Origin: Trypethelium eluteriae
Taxonomy: Eukaryota
Assembly: GCA_051942245.1 (NCBI GenBank)
Contig: JAVECL010000007.1
Location: forward strand, 112,880 to 132,879
Length of the DNA stretch: 20,000 nt
Direction: 5' to 3'
This document shows positions 1 to 10,894 of the stretch, piece by piece. The notes beneath the pieces were generated by a model. The model worked only from the letters and a program-made list of their open reading frames with translations, did not search any database and had not been told where the DNA came from. The translations under genes and the position numbers were made by a program. Position 1 is the first letter of the stretch. Every line of letters begins with the position of its first letter.

Positions 1-857
1 ATCCGCCTCATCAGCCTGTGTCAGATTATGCTTCAATTTTCCCCTGTAGACTTGTGCAATTGCTCCCACACCCAAAGGCTTAGTGTCAAATTCTTCGAAG
101 ATCTCTTCAAACGGCCGTCCATCAAATGCCTTCTCAATAGTCTTCTTCGTCTTCGCTAGCGAATGTGCGGGGGCATTCGAATGCAAGCTCGACATGATCG
201 CACACATCTCCGTGGGAAAGATATCCGTCCGGGAAGCCGCCCATTGCCCTAACTATCCCAAAGTCCCTCGTGTCAGCACTTCTGCCCCAATCACATACAT
301 CAGCCTGTGGCCGTGCATACCTTGATGAACGCCGCTCCAGCCCTCTCCATACTCCGTACCAGAAATCCATACCACCACAAACAGCCTTCCCGCTCCCCAC
401 CCCTCTCCTTGCGCCTCCGCCCCATGAAAACCACGGGAACTGACAGCAAGACCGGCACAAAAATCGTCACCAGATGTAGGAATCTCAACCCTGTGCAAAT
501 CGGCTCCCACACGTACACATCTAATACATAATACATCGCGCGGACCACCCGGGACGAGTGAGCGATGGGATCAGGAAGCGCGTCTCGGATCTCGGCGCGG
601 GAGGCTTCCAGCATGTGTTCCTCGCCAGTCTTTCCATCGTGTAGGTCGGCTTCGGAAAGGGAGACAAAGGCGGCGGGACTGAGGGCGGCAAGGAGGGTCG
701 TAGTGCCGCGGCCAGGCGGGGTGGGAGGTTTGTGGAAGAAAGCGCGACGAGAAAGTAGGTGATGGGGACGAGAGGTTGAGAACGTCCGACATGAAGGACA
801 GCGGAGATAATTGCTAGCTCGGAGACACGAGCGTCGGAGAAAGAGCGCCGTCCTCAT
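1..857 (-). CDS. cqd1: Mitochondrial ABC1/UbiB-family atypical kinase (Cqd1/YPL109C/ADCK2-like), 5' part; runs off the left edge. Exons 857-321 and 252-<1
   Basis: ATG at 857 gives an Arg/Ser-rich presequence-like N-terminus (MRTALFLRRSCLRAS...). Intron 320-253 (GTATGC...GCTGAC...TAG) joins GAAFIK to LGQWAASRTDIFPTEMC, restoring the ABC1 KxGQ motif. PLGVGAIAQVY follows. Confidence 0.9.
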
Positions 858-1497
858 GGTTTCCGTCGTTATCACCGCCACCCTTGTATTCTTAGTCGAT
901 CCATGGAGAAGTTATCGCGATAATCAGCGGATGGCACGGGACGTGGGAGTGGCGTGCTTCTTAGTAGTGCTCGCTTTTCTTCGATCAAAGGGGCGTGCAA
1001 GTTTCAGAGGCTCGTCTGTCTCCAAACTGCGCGCGAGAAGGTACAACGGTGCAAGGGTGAAAATCGTGGGATGAGGTGTTGACTGAAGGATGAGAGAAAA
1101 CTACCAGTGGTACCTTACGGAGTACGCCGACGTCATTGCCGAAAACGGGTTTAGATGGCCGTCTCGCCGCGGACCATGTGATAGTGATCACCTATACAAT
1201 GTGCTACAAAGTCTTGTAGATTCAGAATGTTGAAAGATCCCATTCATTCTAGCAATTGACACAATAAAGAGTACTCTATGCCTTCTTAGGCTTTTTTGAT
1301 GTGATCATAAGTCCGAACAACTCCCCCAACAATCTAGTCAGTCGTCCCCACTACCAGAGCTCCATTCAAAGTTCGTAGTCCGCGTGTACTGGGCGATATA
1401 ACACATTAAATTTTGAACGAGTCATTCTCGGATCGTCTCAGAATATTGTCTACGTGAAGAATGCTCGCGTCTTATCGTTGCCTAGAAGTCAACATGG

Positions 1498-4400
1498 TTA
1501 CGCCCCATCATATGGGCGATATTGAGCGGTCAGTCTTTCTTCCTCACTCGGGGACATCGGACTGCCAGGTGGCGGCGGTCCCCTTGATGGCTGTTGTATC
1601 CCGTATGGATTCATCGTCCGCGCTGGAGCGGTCTGATAGGGGTTGTTTGATGCGGTTGACCCTGGGGAGATTGGGGACGCCATCAAAGGGTGTGGATATG
1701 GCTGACCAGCTTGCATCGTATAACCTGGGCTTTGTTGCTGCGCAAAGCCACTTCGTCCATACTGATCCATCGCTGCTGCTTGCTGCTGCTGCTGCTGCTG
1801 AGCGGCATAGTCTGTAGCTGCAACGGGTGTTTGCTGATAAGATGCATTTGGTTCCGTAATAGTCGGTACACCAGGCCTTGAGGGGGGCTCATGACTAGGA
1901 CGACGCTTGCCACTGGAGCTAGCTTTGCGCAGTAGACCACGTACCTCTTCAAAATCCTGGTGACGTTCTGCACTATTGCGTTCATCGAGAGTGTTATCCT
2001 CTTCGGCCCACAACTCGTCACGAGTGATATCACGGCTAGGATCACGTTCATTGATGCCGTCGATAGCCCGACCTTCGCGACTGCGGAGAGATCCGGAGCC
2101 AACTTTACCACGGACGGAGCCACCCATATAGTCTATACCAGTAGTAGAGGCGGCTTGGTTCTTAGGTTTATTCTTGGGTACGAGTCGAGCAGCATCTTGC
2201 TTGTCAAGGAAAGCTTGTCTGGTCTCTTCAGCTTCCATTGTAGAAACAGCCACAGAGTACGAAGGCTTGTCCTTGGTACCAAGGGTAGCGTCACCACCTG
2301 AAGGGCTATTGATTGGAACCTTTCGAAGAGCGAGGACAAGAGCGCACATGAATTTGGAGCGACGAGCGGCACGGATAGTCTCGTTCGCCCAGTTGCTCTT
2401 GTGCCTAATCTCAACCTGCAGTTGGAGTTTGTCCATCTCGTTGATATCAACTACCTCAATGTCAATATCAGGCTGGAAATCTCTGCTGTTCTCTTTGTCC
2501 CGAACAAAGTTCTGCAACTCGGCCTTCAGCAATTGAACATCCTCGAAGGAGGTACCGAAGTCCACATAGACTGGAAGTCGTTCTCTCATCGTACCACTGC
2601 GACTGACGTTTTCGACCCAAAGGGTATTTAAGACGATATGAGGAATTTGAACCAGTCGTCCTGTCTCGACCCTCTTGAAGACCGTGAACAGGAGGGAGAT
2701 GTGCTCCACAGTCAGCTGTTCTTTGCTAACGTCGACACGGTCGCCAATGTCGTAAGGGTGTTTAACGAACAAGAAAATGCATGATCCGAGAATTTCTTGA
2801 GCGGTAGCGGAGAAAACGAACGAGAGGGAGAGCAAAGCAGTACCTGTTGTTGCCAGAGTCGTCACAAAGCTCGTGTTCAAAAAGGCAACTAGGATATTGT
2901 CAGCTCAAGGTCTGTTTGACCGACAGCCATTCGCGCGGTTTAGGAAGAGAAGGGGCAGGGGACGATCGGGAAAGAAGAGAGGGAAAGCCTGTTGGGTGGA
3001 TTTTGTGACTTCACTTACCCATAACAAGAACTGCAACAGCAGCCACGACCACCATGAGCATTCTGTCAAGAACATTGATAGCCTGATCAACATCGTGCAT
3101 GGAATTCGCGATAGACTTGCGCTCTCGGCCAATGGCGGTCACTGTGAGGATCATTTCGTCGAGACTGATGTCTCCATTTCCATCACGGTCGATCGCAAAA
3201 AAAGCATCCTCTGCCTCTTGCTCACGGTCGCGCCCGAGCACTTCTAGAAGATCATCTGGGTAGAGAGCATCTTTCCCCTCAACGACAAATGACATCCAGA
3301 GACGCCTGGCTAATGCTTCAGAAGATCGTGTCTTCTCGAGGGCTTCAACAACGATTGAATGTGCCGAGGTAGGGTCAAAGACTTTCTTTCCGGTAATCTC
3401 TTGGGCGTAGTGGCCAAAAGCAGCAGTGACTTTATCCCCAAACCGTCCAACATCTTGAACGAGTCGCATCGGTGTCGTCGATCCCGAACGCTGGTGACTC
3501 CCCTTTTTGCTACTGAGGCCAAGATTGATCTCAATGGAGTCATTAATGACGTAATCTTCCTCAGCGAATTCGGGACAGTAAGCCGGGAAAAGGGCTCGAG
3601 AGGCATCGTATAGTAGACCGAGCAGGAAGACTTGATGTTTGTTGTCCTTGATCTTGGCGTTGAACTGTTTGCGGTGATAGTTGATACTGATCAGCTGGAT
3701 GATCAGCTTCTCGACCAAGAACACAATAGTTGCCACAACGATAGCAGCTAGGATTTGCGTGACAATTGTCACCCAGTGCCCTGGGGCTTTGGCACCTGGT
3801 TTTCGTTGATCGGGGTTCCGCTGCATGATAGGTGCAAAGGTTGCCAAGCTGGTAACAGCCCATCCAACGAGAGCCAGGGGAAATTCGAGTGCAGAGAGAA
3901 CCAATGCATATTTACGAGTACCAGAGCTAACGACACCGGCGCCAAACTTGAAAACGGCCGGAAGCCAATGGGCGACAATCTTTGCGACCCAGAGAGACAA
4001 CCAAACTTCAAAGTAATTAGCGTTGGCAATGTTGAGGTATGTGTATGGCGACTCACCGATTTCAACCCAGCTGAAGAACCATACGATCCGAACCTCAGCA
4101 ATTTTAGCACCTTTGGCCGCTGTAGCACCAATGATGATAGGAATAGCGATAATTAAGCCCAGGGGGAGGACATAAAGAAAGTAACGGGTGACAATACTAA
4201 AGTCGGCAATCTTCTTATAGATCTTTCCCATGGTGGTGATAGTATCTTCTTCGCCATCATATCCTACATGCCCTGTGGGCTTGGCATTGTGCTCTTTCTT
4301 ATGCCTCCGTCCACCAAACCGACTCTTTTTCTCAGACTTCTTTTCATTATAATTGTTCTTCTCGGCTGTAGGTGACTTGACCAGATTGTTACTCGAGCCA

Positions 4401-4561
4401 TTGGTCGTGACAGGGTGGAGGGGAATGTCAATTGTGGCGTCGTTAGGATTGCCCCGTTGCATATTGTTGGTACCTTGGCTACCAAGACCTAGGTAGCCTT
4501 GTCGAGAGTGGCGGGTGGAGTTTCTTTTAGGATTCTTTGCGGATTGAGCAACTCCGCTCAT
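1498..4561 (-). CDS. Fungal MscS-like mechanosensitive channel with EF-hand (Msy1/Msy2 type), about 960 aa. Exons 4561-4057, 4005-3019, 2888-1498
   Basis: Several TM segments, EF-hand DRDGNGDISLDE, and MscS core IFLFVKHPYDIGDRV...VEHISLLFTVF...IPHIVLNTLWVENVSRS. Introns 4056-4006 (GTGAGT...GCTAAT...AAG) and 3018-2889 (GTAAGT...GCTGAC...TAG) give one 2883-nt ORF. The start could be a downstream ATG (MQRGNP...). Confidence 0.93.
1772..1800 (-). repeat. (CAG)n microsatellite encoding poly-Gln/Ala in the MscS C-terminal tail
   Basis: Plus strand gctgctgcttgctgctgctgctgctgctg; minus strand encodes QQQQQQQQAAA. Confidence 0.85.
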
Positions 4562-5106
4562 AACAGGAATCGTCCAGACCGTGATCTACGCGGTCGCTCG
4601 AATGAAATGGCGAGTACTGGACCAGCCTAGATTATCGGTGGTGCATTCAATCAAGAATGGGGAATGCCTGGCGTAAGGAAATTGGCTGGGACGAGGTTAC
4701 AGAATTTAGGAAAATGTCGAGAACATGTGATGAAACAACCAGGGAGGAACTCAGATGGAAGCTCTAATAATTTGCTGGCCTCGGTAAAAGAGAGTAGTAG
4801 AGAGCCGAGTGCTCTACAAAGCCAGGATGACGAAAAAAGGAGTGTAAATAAGCGACCCCAAGTTGTTGGGAGGCAGAATGCTGCAATATGAGACTTGACG
4901 AATACGTAGTAGACAAAAGTGTAGAAACGAGAGTAATGTCAGGACGGTGCTGGGACGCAGCGTGTAGGAGGAAGGGGGGGAAAAGGAGGATGGTCGGGCA
5001 AAGAAAATGGTGGGAGTAATTCGTTGGCCTCAGCCGGCAACGGCACCTACTCTAACTAATCTAATCTGCACTCAGGCACCGCAGGTACCCGTGAGCTCCT
5101 GACACA

Positions 5107-5188
5107 CGCTAAAAGACGCCGCATCGCGCCTTACCACGCCTTCGACGCCCTTCACCAAGTCCTTTACGCCTTTTCGCCTCTTCTTGCC
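5107..5188. repeat. Degenerate array of (A)CGCC(TT) units with about 10-bp period
   Basis: CGCC at 5117, 5127, 5137, 5146, 5167 and 5175; near-matches CGCT at 5107 and TGCC at 5185. Confidence 0.6.
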
Positions 5189-5958
5189 TGCTCGCGATTG
5201 CACTTTTCTCCGGATGAGAGCGAGTCTTTGCTTACCGTTTGAAAACTCTCAACACGACTTGTGCTTGTTGCTGTCTTTCGAGGTCAACCCGATTTAGCTA
5301 AAGTTTCGCACTGTCCCCTCAACACTTCCCACTCGGTGCAGTCATCCAGTGTTGCCACGCGTGCCACACTCTCTGCTACTGATCGCTGCCGACGTGGAGC
5401 ATTTTCCCCTGCAGGATCAACGCCGGGGCTCGGCCTGGGCCTTCCGATACTATTTTGATAAGGTGATTGCTCACGGCCCTCGCCGAACTCCCAGGTTTTT
5501 GAGGTTTTTGAGTGGGCAGTAAAGACGTTGGCGAAATTAAAATCAAGTATTATTACATTTTGCACCCTTTGTAATCGAGGTGAACACACAGGTCCTGTCG
5601 CACTCCCTTGGATTGCTGCACCAGTACCCGTAGGTGGCTTCTCGTAGCTCTCTGTAAACTCTTTCGCTTCTCTACAAGCTATTCCTGAAACACCACCTCC
5701 CGTTTCAGTTCTCCGAAAGAGCTCGTCTACGTAGCACCCATGCTTCATCACGTCGGACCTCTAAGAGTGTTTCCTACTCTCGTGGTATCGCCCTTTACCA
5801 CCACACCCAGTCTTCTGGTTCTTGAAACACTGAGGGGTACACCCAGGACTACTTTCAGTCCTGTCTCAGACTTCTCCAAAAATCCGACTCGTCATAACAT
5901 TGGCACGTGTCATCCTTTCGCCCCGTGAGCCGGTCCCAACAACACGCTCCCTAGGTAC

Positions 5959-7416
5959 TCAACTCTTCACGCTCACAATCCACCCATCCCCGCATACTTG
6001 CCCTTTCTCATCCACGCCCCCCCAAACCACCACGCTTCCTCCATCCACCTCGCTAGCCTTCGCCGCCGCAAATCGCATTCGCTTGCCAAACCCCCGCCCT
6101 GCTTGTCCTTCCTGTACCATCTTCACCTCTCCGTCCAAATACTTGACTTCCGCCCACTTGCCCTCTGCCGAATCGCTCCTCAGCGCCTTCCTCGCAACGT
6201 CCTTAGCCCCTGCCGCCGTCGCGCTCTCGGACGGTAGCTGGTATGCAAACGCGTCTCCGTGAGGAACGAGCTCGAGTTCCGCAAATTGGGTCGACGAGGC
6301 GTTAAGGGGACTCGCGGCGGAGGGTGAGGCGCTGGTACTGTGCCCACCAAGGGCGAGCAGGTAAGTTCGGCCTTGGCCTGTTGTAACAGGAATGAGGCTT
6401 GCCGCGCTGCGAGGTGTAGGGGACGTGGACGGTGATTTTGAGGTCGCGTCTTGCCAGTCGCTAGACGCGGCGCTCAAGATGGAGCAAGGAGTAAAAGTAG
6501 AGGCAGCGTTGTCCTGAGTCGATGCTGGAGGAGGCGAGCTTTTGGCTTCGAGGTCCAGCGTTCGCATGTGGAGAAGATCGCCACTGTTGGTTCGGCCAAA
6601 GCATGAGTAAAGCTTAAGCTCGTTGTCATCAAGAGCTAGGCTTGAAGAGTAGCATGCTAAAGCTGGGTCATCCTGGGGAGGTGGCAGCGGGGACCAGGTG
6701 CGACTACGAATATCAAATGCCCAGCAATCATTGAGAAGAGTACCACCCACGCTATTCCCACAAGATACAACGATTGTGCCTCTATGACTAGGATCAAGGG
6801 GCTCGGGTACAACGTTCGCAGGATCCGGAGGGAATTGAGGGGCTGTATCATGATCCGTGGGCATCGTTGAAATCTCAGGCTGCACCGAAGCAGCTATAGC
6901 AAAGTTGTATCGAGGTGGAGGCTTTGGAGATTGTGCAATAGGTTGAAGGCAGGACCACATGCTCGTTTTAGTACTGAACATCCAGACTCGACCATCCTCT
7001 TCAAGGGGCTCTGTAGACGAAGAACTGGTGCGTCCACCAAGCATGTAGAAACAGTCATCGATTGCCACAGCCGCATGATCTATTCGTTCTTCAGGTACTC
7101 TTCCATCTTCTTCCGCAGGTCTTGCCTCCACAGTCTTTTGGTCGGCGCTTTCGCCTACATCCGATGTTGGTAATTCGACGAGTTGGACATCGTTCGTCGC
7201 TCTCGTTCCCGGCGCGCTCTCTCCGCCGAATATGTATGCTCGATTTTTTATGACCACTATTGAATGAGAAGTTCGTGCAACTGGTACCGTAGTGATTTTT
7301 TCGAAGGAGAGTTGCAAAGGCAATGTGGGGTCATAAAGTCCCTTAGCTGCCAGTACAACGCCCTCAGCGAGCGTTTCTACTCCGTAAAGAGCTGCTGCAA
7401 CAGCTGATTCGGCCAT
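5959..7416 (-). CDS. Kelch-repeat beta-propeller protein, 485 aa, single exon
   Basis: Long ORF with kelch signatures: RTSHSIVVIKNRAYIFGGE, RIDHAAVAIDDCFYMLGGR, LLNDCWAFDIRSRTW, YLLALGG, VVVWGG. Confidence 0.88.
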   Translation of the reverse strand: MAESAVAAALYGVETLAEGVVLAAKGLYDPTLPLQLSFEKITTVPVARTSHSIVVIKNRAYIFGGESAPGTRATNDVQLVELPTSDVGESADQKTVEARPAEEDGRVPEERIDHAAVAIDDCFYMLGGRTSSSSTEPLEEDGRVWMFSTKTSMWSCLQPIAQSPKPPPRYNFAIAASVQPEISTMPTDHDTAPQFPPDPANVVPEPLDPSHRGTIVVSCGNSVGGTLLNDCWAFDIRSRTWSPLPPPQDDPALACYSSSLALDDNELKLYSCFGRTNSGDLLHMRTLDLEAKSSPPPASTQDNAASTFTPCSILSAASSDWQDATSKSPSTSPTPRSAASLIPVTTGQGRTYLLALGGHSTSASPSAASPLNASSTQFAELELVPHGDAFAYQLPSESATAAGAKDVARKALRSDSAEGKWAEVKYLDGEVKMVQEGQAGRGFGKRMRFAAAKASEVDGGSVVVWGGVDEKGQVCGDGWIVSVKS

Positions 7417-7582
7417 TTCAATGCAAAAGAGTCATCAAATGCTAGGGATTAAAAGAAGCACAGGTGTCGGCTGAGTGTGGAGAACTGGCTGCTGTAAAGC
7501 TGTCACCCTGTGATGTCATTTCCAACCTCCTAACTGTTTACCCAACAATTTGGCACAGACCTCTTCAATTTGGTCTTCAGCC
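7417..7582. promoter_or_regulatory. Compact bidirectional promoter between the kelch and CDK genes
   Basis: Only 166 bp separate the two divergent ATGs; a near-palindromic TGATGTCA lies at about 7512-7519. Confidence 0.6.
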
Positions 7583-8968
7583 ATGACCGGAAAGTCGCGA
7601 TGGACCGATGACAAGGATGACGCTGTCGTTGCTGCTCAGCGAAAAAAAGAGAGGGAAGAAAAGAAGCGTGCCAAAGCTGAGAAGCAGCGCAGAATCGAAG
7701 AGGCACAACTAAGGCATCAGAACGAAGCACGCCCAGGATCGACGCCAAATGGCCACGAAGACTCCGACCGACCAGCAAAGAGACGGAAAGTCACACCTGG
7801 CGCGGATGAGCAGCATGGCGAGTCTCAGCCGCGCGAATTGCTCCGCTTTGATGCTTCAGGCTGGGGACCTTGTAGGCATGTGGACAATTTCGAGCGATTA
7901 AATCACATTGAGGAGGGCTCCTATGGCTGGGTATCGCGAGCAAGAGAAACGGCTACAGGTGAGATTGTCGCCCTGAAGAAGCTTAAGATGGACAATCTCA
8001 ACGATGGCTTCCCGATTACGGCCATGCGGGAAATCCAGACCTTGATGCAAGCGAGTCATCTCCACATCGTCGAGCTTCGTGAAATTGTCGTCGGCACTAG
8101 TCTTAACGACGTTTTCATGGTCATGGAATTCCTTGAACACGACCTCAAGACACTCCAAGAAGACATGTCCGAGCCCTTTGCGCCTTCCGAGCTCAAAACC
8201 ATCCTCCTCCAACTCACTTCTGCTGTCGCTTACCTGCACTCTCACTGGATTCTTCATCGCGACCTCAAAACCTCCAACATTCTTATGAACAATCGTGGGG
8301 AGATTAAGGTTGCTGATTTTGGCATGGCACGCTTCACAGGTGATCCTCCACCAGCCCTCACTCAACTCGTCGTTACGCTTTGGTACCGGGCTCCAGAGCT
8401 GCTGTTAGGTACGACAACGTACGATTCCGCTATCGACATGTGGAGCCTCGGTTGCATCTTCGCTGAGCTCCTAACCAAGGAACCGCTCTTTCAGGGAAGC
8501 CGGGAGCTCGACCAGTTGCTCAAAATCTTCGATCTGCTCGGCCCACCAACCACGGAGTCCTGGCCCACGTTTCGTCGCCTGCCGAACGCGCGCGCAATGA
8601 AGCTACCTCCATCTCCTTCTCCTCATCTATCTCCTCAGCAATCTCTACGCAGGAAATTCCCTATCTTAACGGGCTCGGGGGTGTCCCTCCTTGCATCGCT
8701 TCTGTCGCTAAATCCCGAGCACCGGCTTACTGCCGAAGAGACCCTACAGCATGAATACTTTCGCGATGAGCCTCGACCAAAGTCGAAGAGCATGATGCCG
8801 ACGTTTCCAAGTAAGGCAGGTCAGGAGAGGAGAAGACGGCGGGCAAGTCCGAATGCTCCACAAAGAGGTGACGCGCCGAAGATTGACGGAAACATGGATT
8901 CAGGAGGCATATTTGGAAGAAGAGAGGATATCGAGGGAGGAGCTGGATTTCAGCTGAAGATGGGATGA
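7583..8968 (+). CDS. cdk11: Cyclin-dependent kinase of the CDK11/CDK10 (PITSLRE, Ppk23) group, 461 aa, single exon
   Basis: Charged N-terminus, then IEEGSYGWV, VALKKLK, GFPITAMRE, HRDLKTSN, DFGMAR, VVTLWYRAPE and C-terminal PTFPSKAGQE. First ATG at 7583; the ORF track start at 7550 is a TTG. Confidence 0.92.
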   Translation: MTGKSRWTDDKDDAVVAAQRKKEREEKKRAKAEKQRRIEEAQLRHQNEARPGSTPNGHEDSDRPAKRRKVTPGADEQHGESQPRELLRFDASGWGPCRHVDNFERLNHIEEGSYGWVSRARETATGEIVALKKLKMDNLNDGFPITAMREIQTLMQASHLHIVELREIVVGTSLNDVFMVMEFLEHDLKTLQEDMSEPFAPSELKTILLQLTSAVAYLHSHWILHRDLKTSNILMNNRGEIKVADFGMARFTGDPPPALTQLVVTLWYRAPELLLGTTTYDSAIDMWSLGCIFAELLTKEPLFQGSRELDQLLKIFDLLGPPTTESWPTFRRLPNARAMKLPPSPSPHLSPQQSLRRKFPILTGSGVSLLASLLSLNPEHRLTAEETLQHEYFRDEPRPKSKSMMPTFPSKAGQERRRRRASPNAPQRGDAPKIDGNMDSGGIFGRREDIEGGAGFQLKMG

Positions 8969-9261
8969 GGAGGCTAATGAACATGTCTGGCCAGGTGCGG
9001 AACGTTTTGGAAGAAAGCGCTACGTCCATAGTTACGGACGGATATGCCGAAGTGTGAGCTGCATGCCCATTGACACCACCCATTCTGGCGTGCTGTTCAG
9101 TTGTGGTAAATATACACAGTTAATGAAAGAATCAATTAATCAGTGAAAACCACCTTTCCAGGCAGTCTTGCGCTTAGCAAACAAAATTAAACAGCGTGGA
9201 CACCTAGGCATCGTAAACCACAGCGATCCTCATCTTCTTTATGATTTTGATACATCGCAGT

Positions 9262-10894
9262 CTAGACCTTCTCTTCTCCAACCTTCAAGTCGGATCCCTC
9301 AGTTGGTACCACATCGGCCGCTGTCTCATCCGTAAATTTGAGATCGTCCTCCAGCGGCACATGATTTCTGACTTTGAGTAAGATGACCGGCAGCGCGAGT
9401 AATAGACTACCCGCAAGAAGACCCCAGCAGGAAGCGAAGAGCGACATGTAGGGGGGCGGGTTATCGAGCCCATCAAGGCGCCACATGATGGCGGCGCCAG
9501 CGGACTGAATGCCTTTGTAGAAGCCGGCGAAGTTGGCGAGTTTGCGACCATTGTTAGTGAGAGCACCCATAAACCTGGGATCAAGCGGTAAGCGTTGCTG
9601 AATTTTTCAGTGATGCAAGATTTAGAGAACATACCAGTAGACGCAAGTCTGCCAAGCAGCGTCATAAAAGCCATAGAAAATGTAGAGGAACATGGGACCG
9701 ACATATCCCGAGGTTGTCCAATCTTCCTTGACAACGGTGTCCTTTTCAGGTAGCGAAGACCTCGTGTAGCCCTTCTGAAAAGCGTAACCGCCGCCCCAGA
9801 TGGCAAAGGTGAGCACAAACAGCGCAATCCAGGCAGCTTTGGCCCGCATCGTACGGCTCACTGACTTGAGATCGAGCGCGTAGCCGAAAATAACCGCACC
9901 GAAGATCTGCGAGGTCCAGTACAGAGTGTTATTCAAGGCGCGGGTGCGGGTATTGAAAAATGCTAGGTTGACATCATTGAAGTGGTAGGTGTAGAACCAG
10001 TTGGAGGCAAAGAACATGGGAAAGAGTAGCACAATGTACGGGTCAGTGAGGAACACTTCCCAAAGACCAACGACCTCGGACCACCAGGTTGGGTTCTTCA
10101 TGAGGATGACGCGTGAGCCGTCGTGGCGAATGACACTCTTGCCGTCGACAAGGGCAAACGAGAGGAGAGCACCGCAGAAGGTGAGGACGATGAAACCCAC
10201 GTAAGTACCATCCGAGACAGAACTGTTGGAGGTGGTATGGATATTTTGGCCAAGGGGAATCTAGAGGTGGGTCAGAAAGGCTCAATTAATAAAATTCAGT
10301 GCACTATACCAGGCTACCAATGACACCTCCAAGATTGAAGATCATCCAGAACCAAGAGATGTACCGGCCTTTGAGTCTCTCTGGTGGATAGGACATCATA
10401 ATAGCTCCCTGTGCGCTCCATAAGAGTCCAGCACAGACTCCAAGTAGTGCTCCAGCAAAGATGGAGAACCCGAAGTTTGAAGTGTGCTTGAAGCACAAGA
10501 ACGAGGAGACATAAATGCAGTAACCCATTCCTCCAAAGCACAGAGCAAATCTAATGCCTAATCGATTGGTAAAGGTGCCTGCAGCGAATCCGATAACTGC
10601 AAAGGTTGCATACAGAGCGGTGTTTGCATCGTCGCCCGCCTTTGCGTTGGAAAGGCCAGTCCCTCCCATGCCACCGAGGGCATTAAACATGCCTGGGCAG
10701 AGGAAACATACAAAGGCAACGACGACGAGCTGTACCGCTGGAGAAGCATACCATGTCTTGACTGGGCCAATCTTGAATTCTTTGTACTTCCAGCCTTCTG
10801 GTCTTGGAGGCAAGCCATCAGCATGTGTAAACTCTGCAGAGTGTGCAGGTGAGGAAATGTCTTGGGCAGTCGTGTCTTTCTCGTGAGATGCCAT
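9262..10894 (-). CDS. ngt1: UNC-93-like (DUF895) MFS transporter, probable N-acetylglucosamine transporter, about 507 aa. Exons 10894-10310, 10260-9635, 9574-9262
   Basis: Family motifs VCFLCPGMFNAL, GLLWSAQGAIMMSYP, LLFPMFFASNWFYTY, AGFYKGIQSAGAA. Introns 10309-10261 (GTATAG...CTGAC...TAG) and 9634-9575 (GTATGT...CAG) give a 1524-nt ORF. Family is secure; Ngt1 identity is inferred from the divergent position next to the deaminase. Confidence 0.85.
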
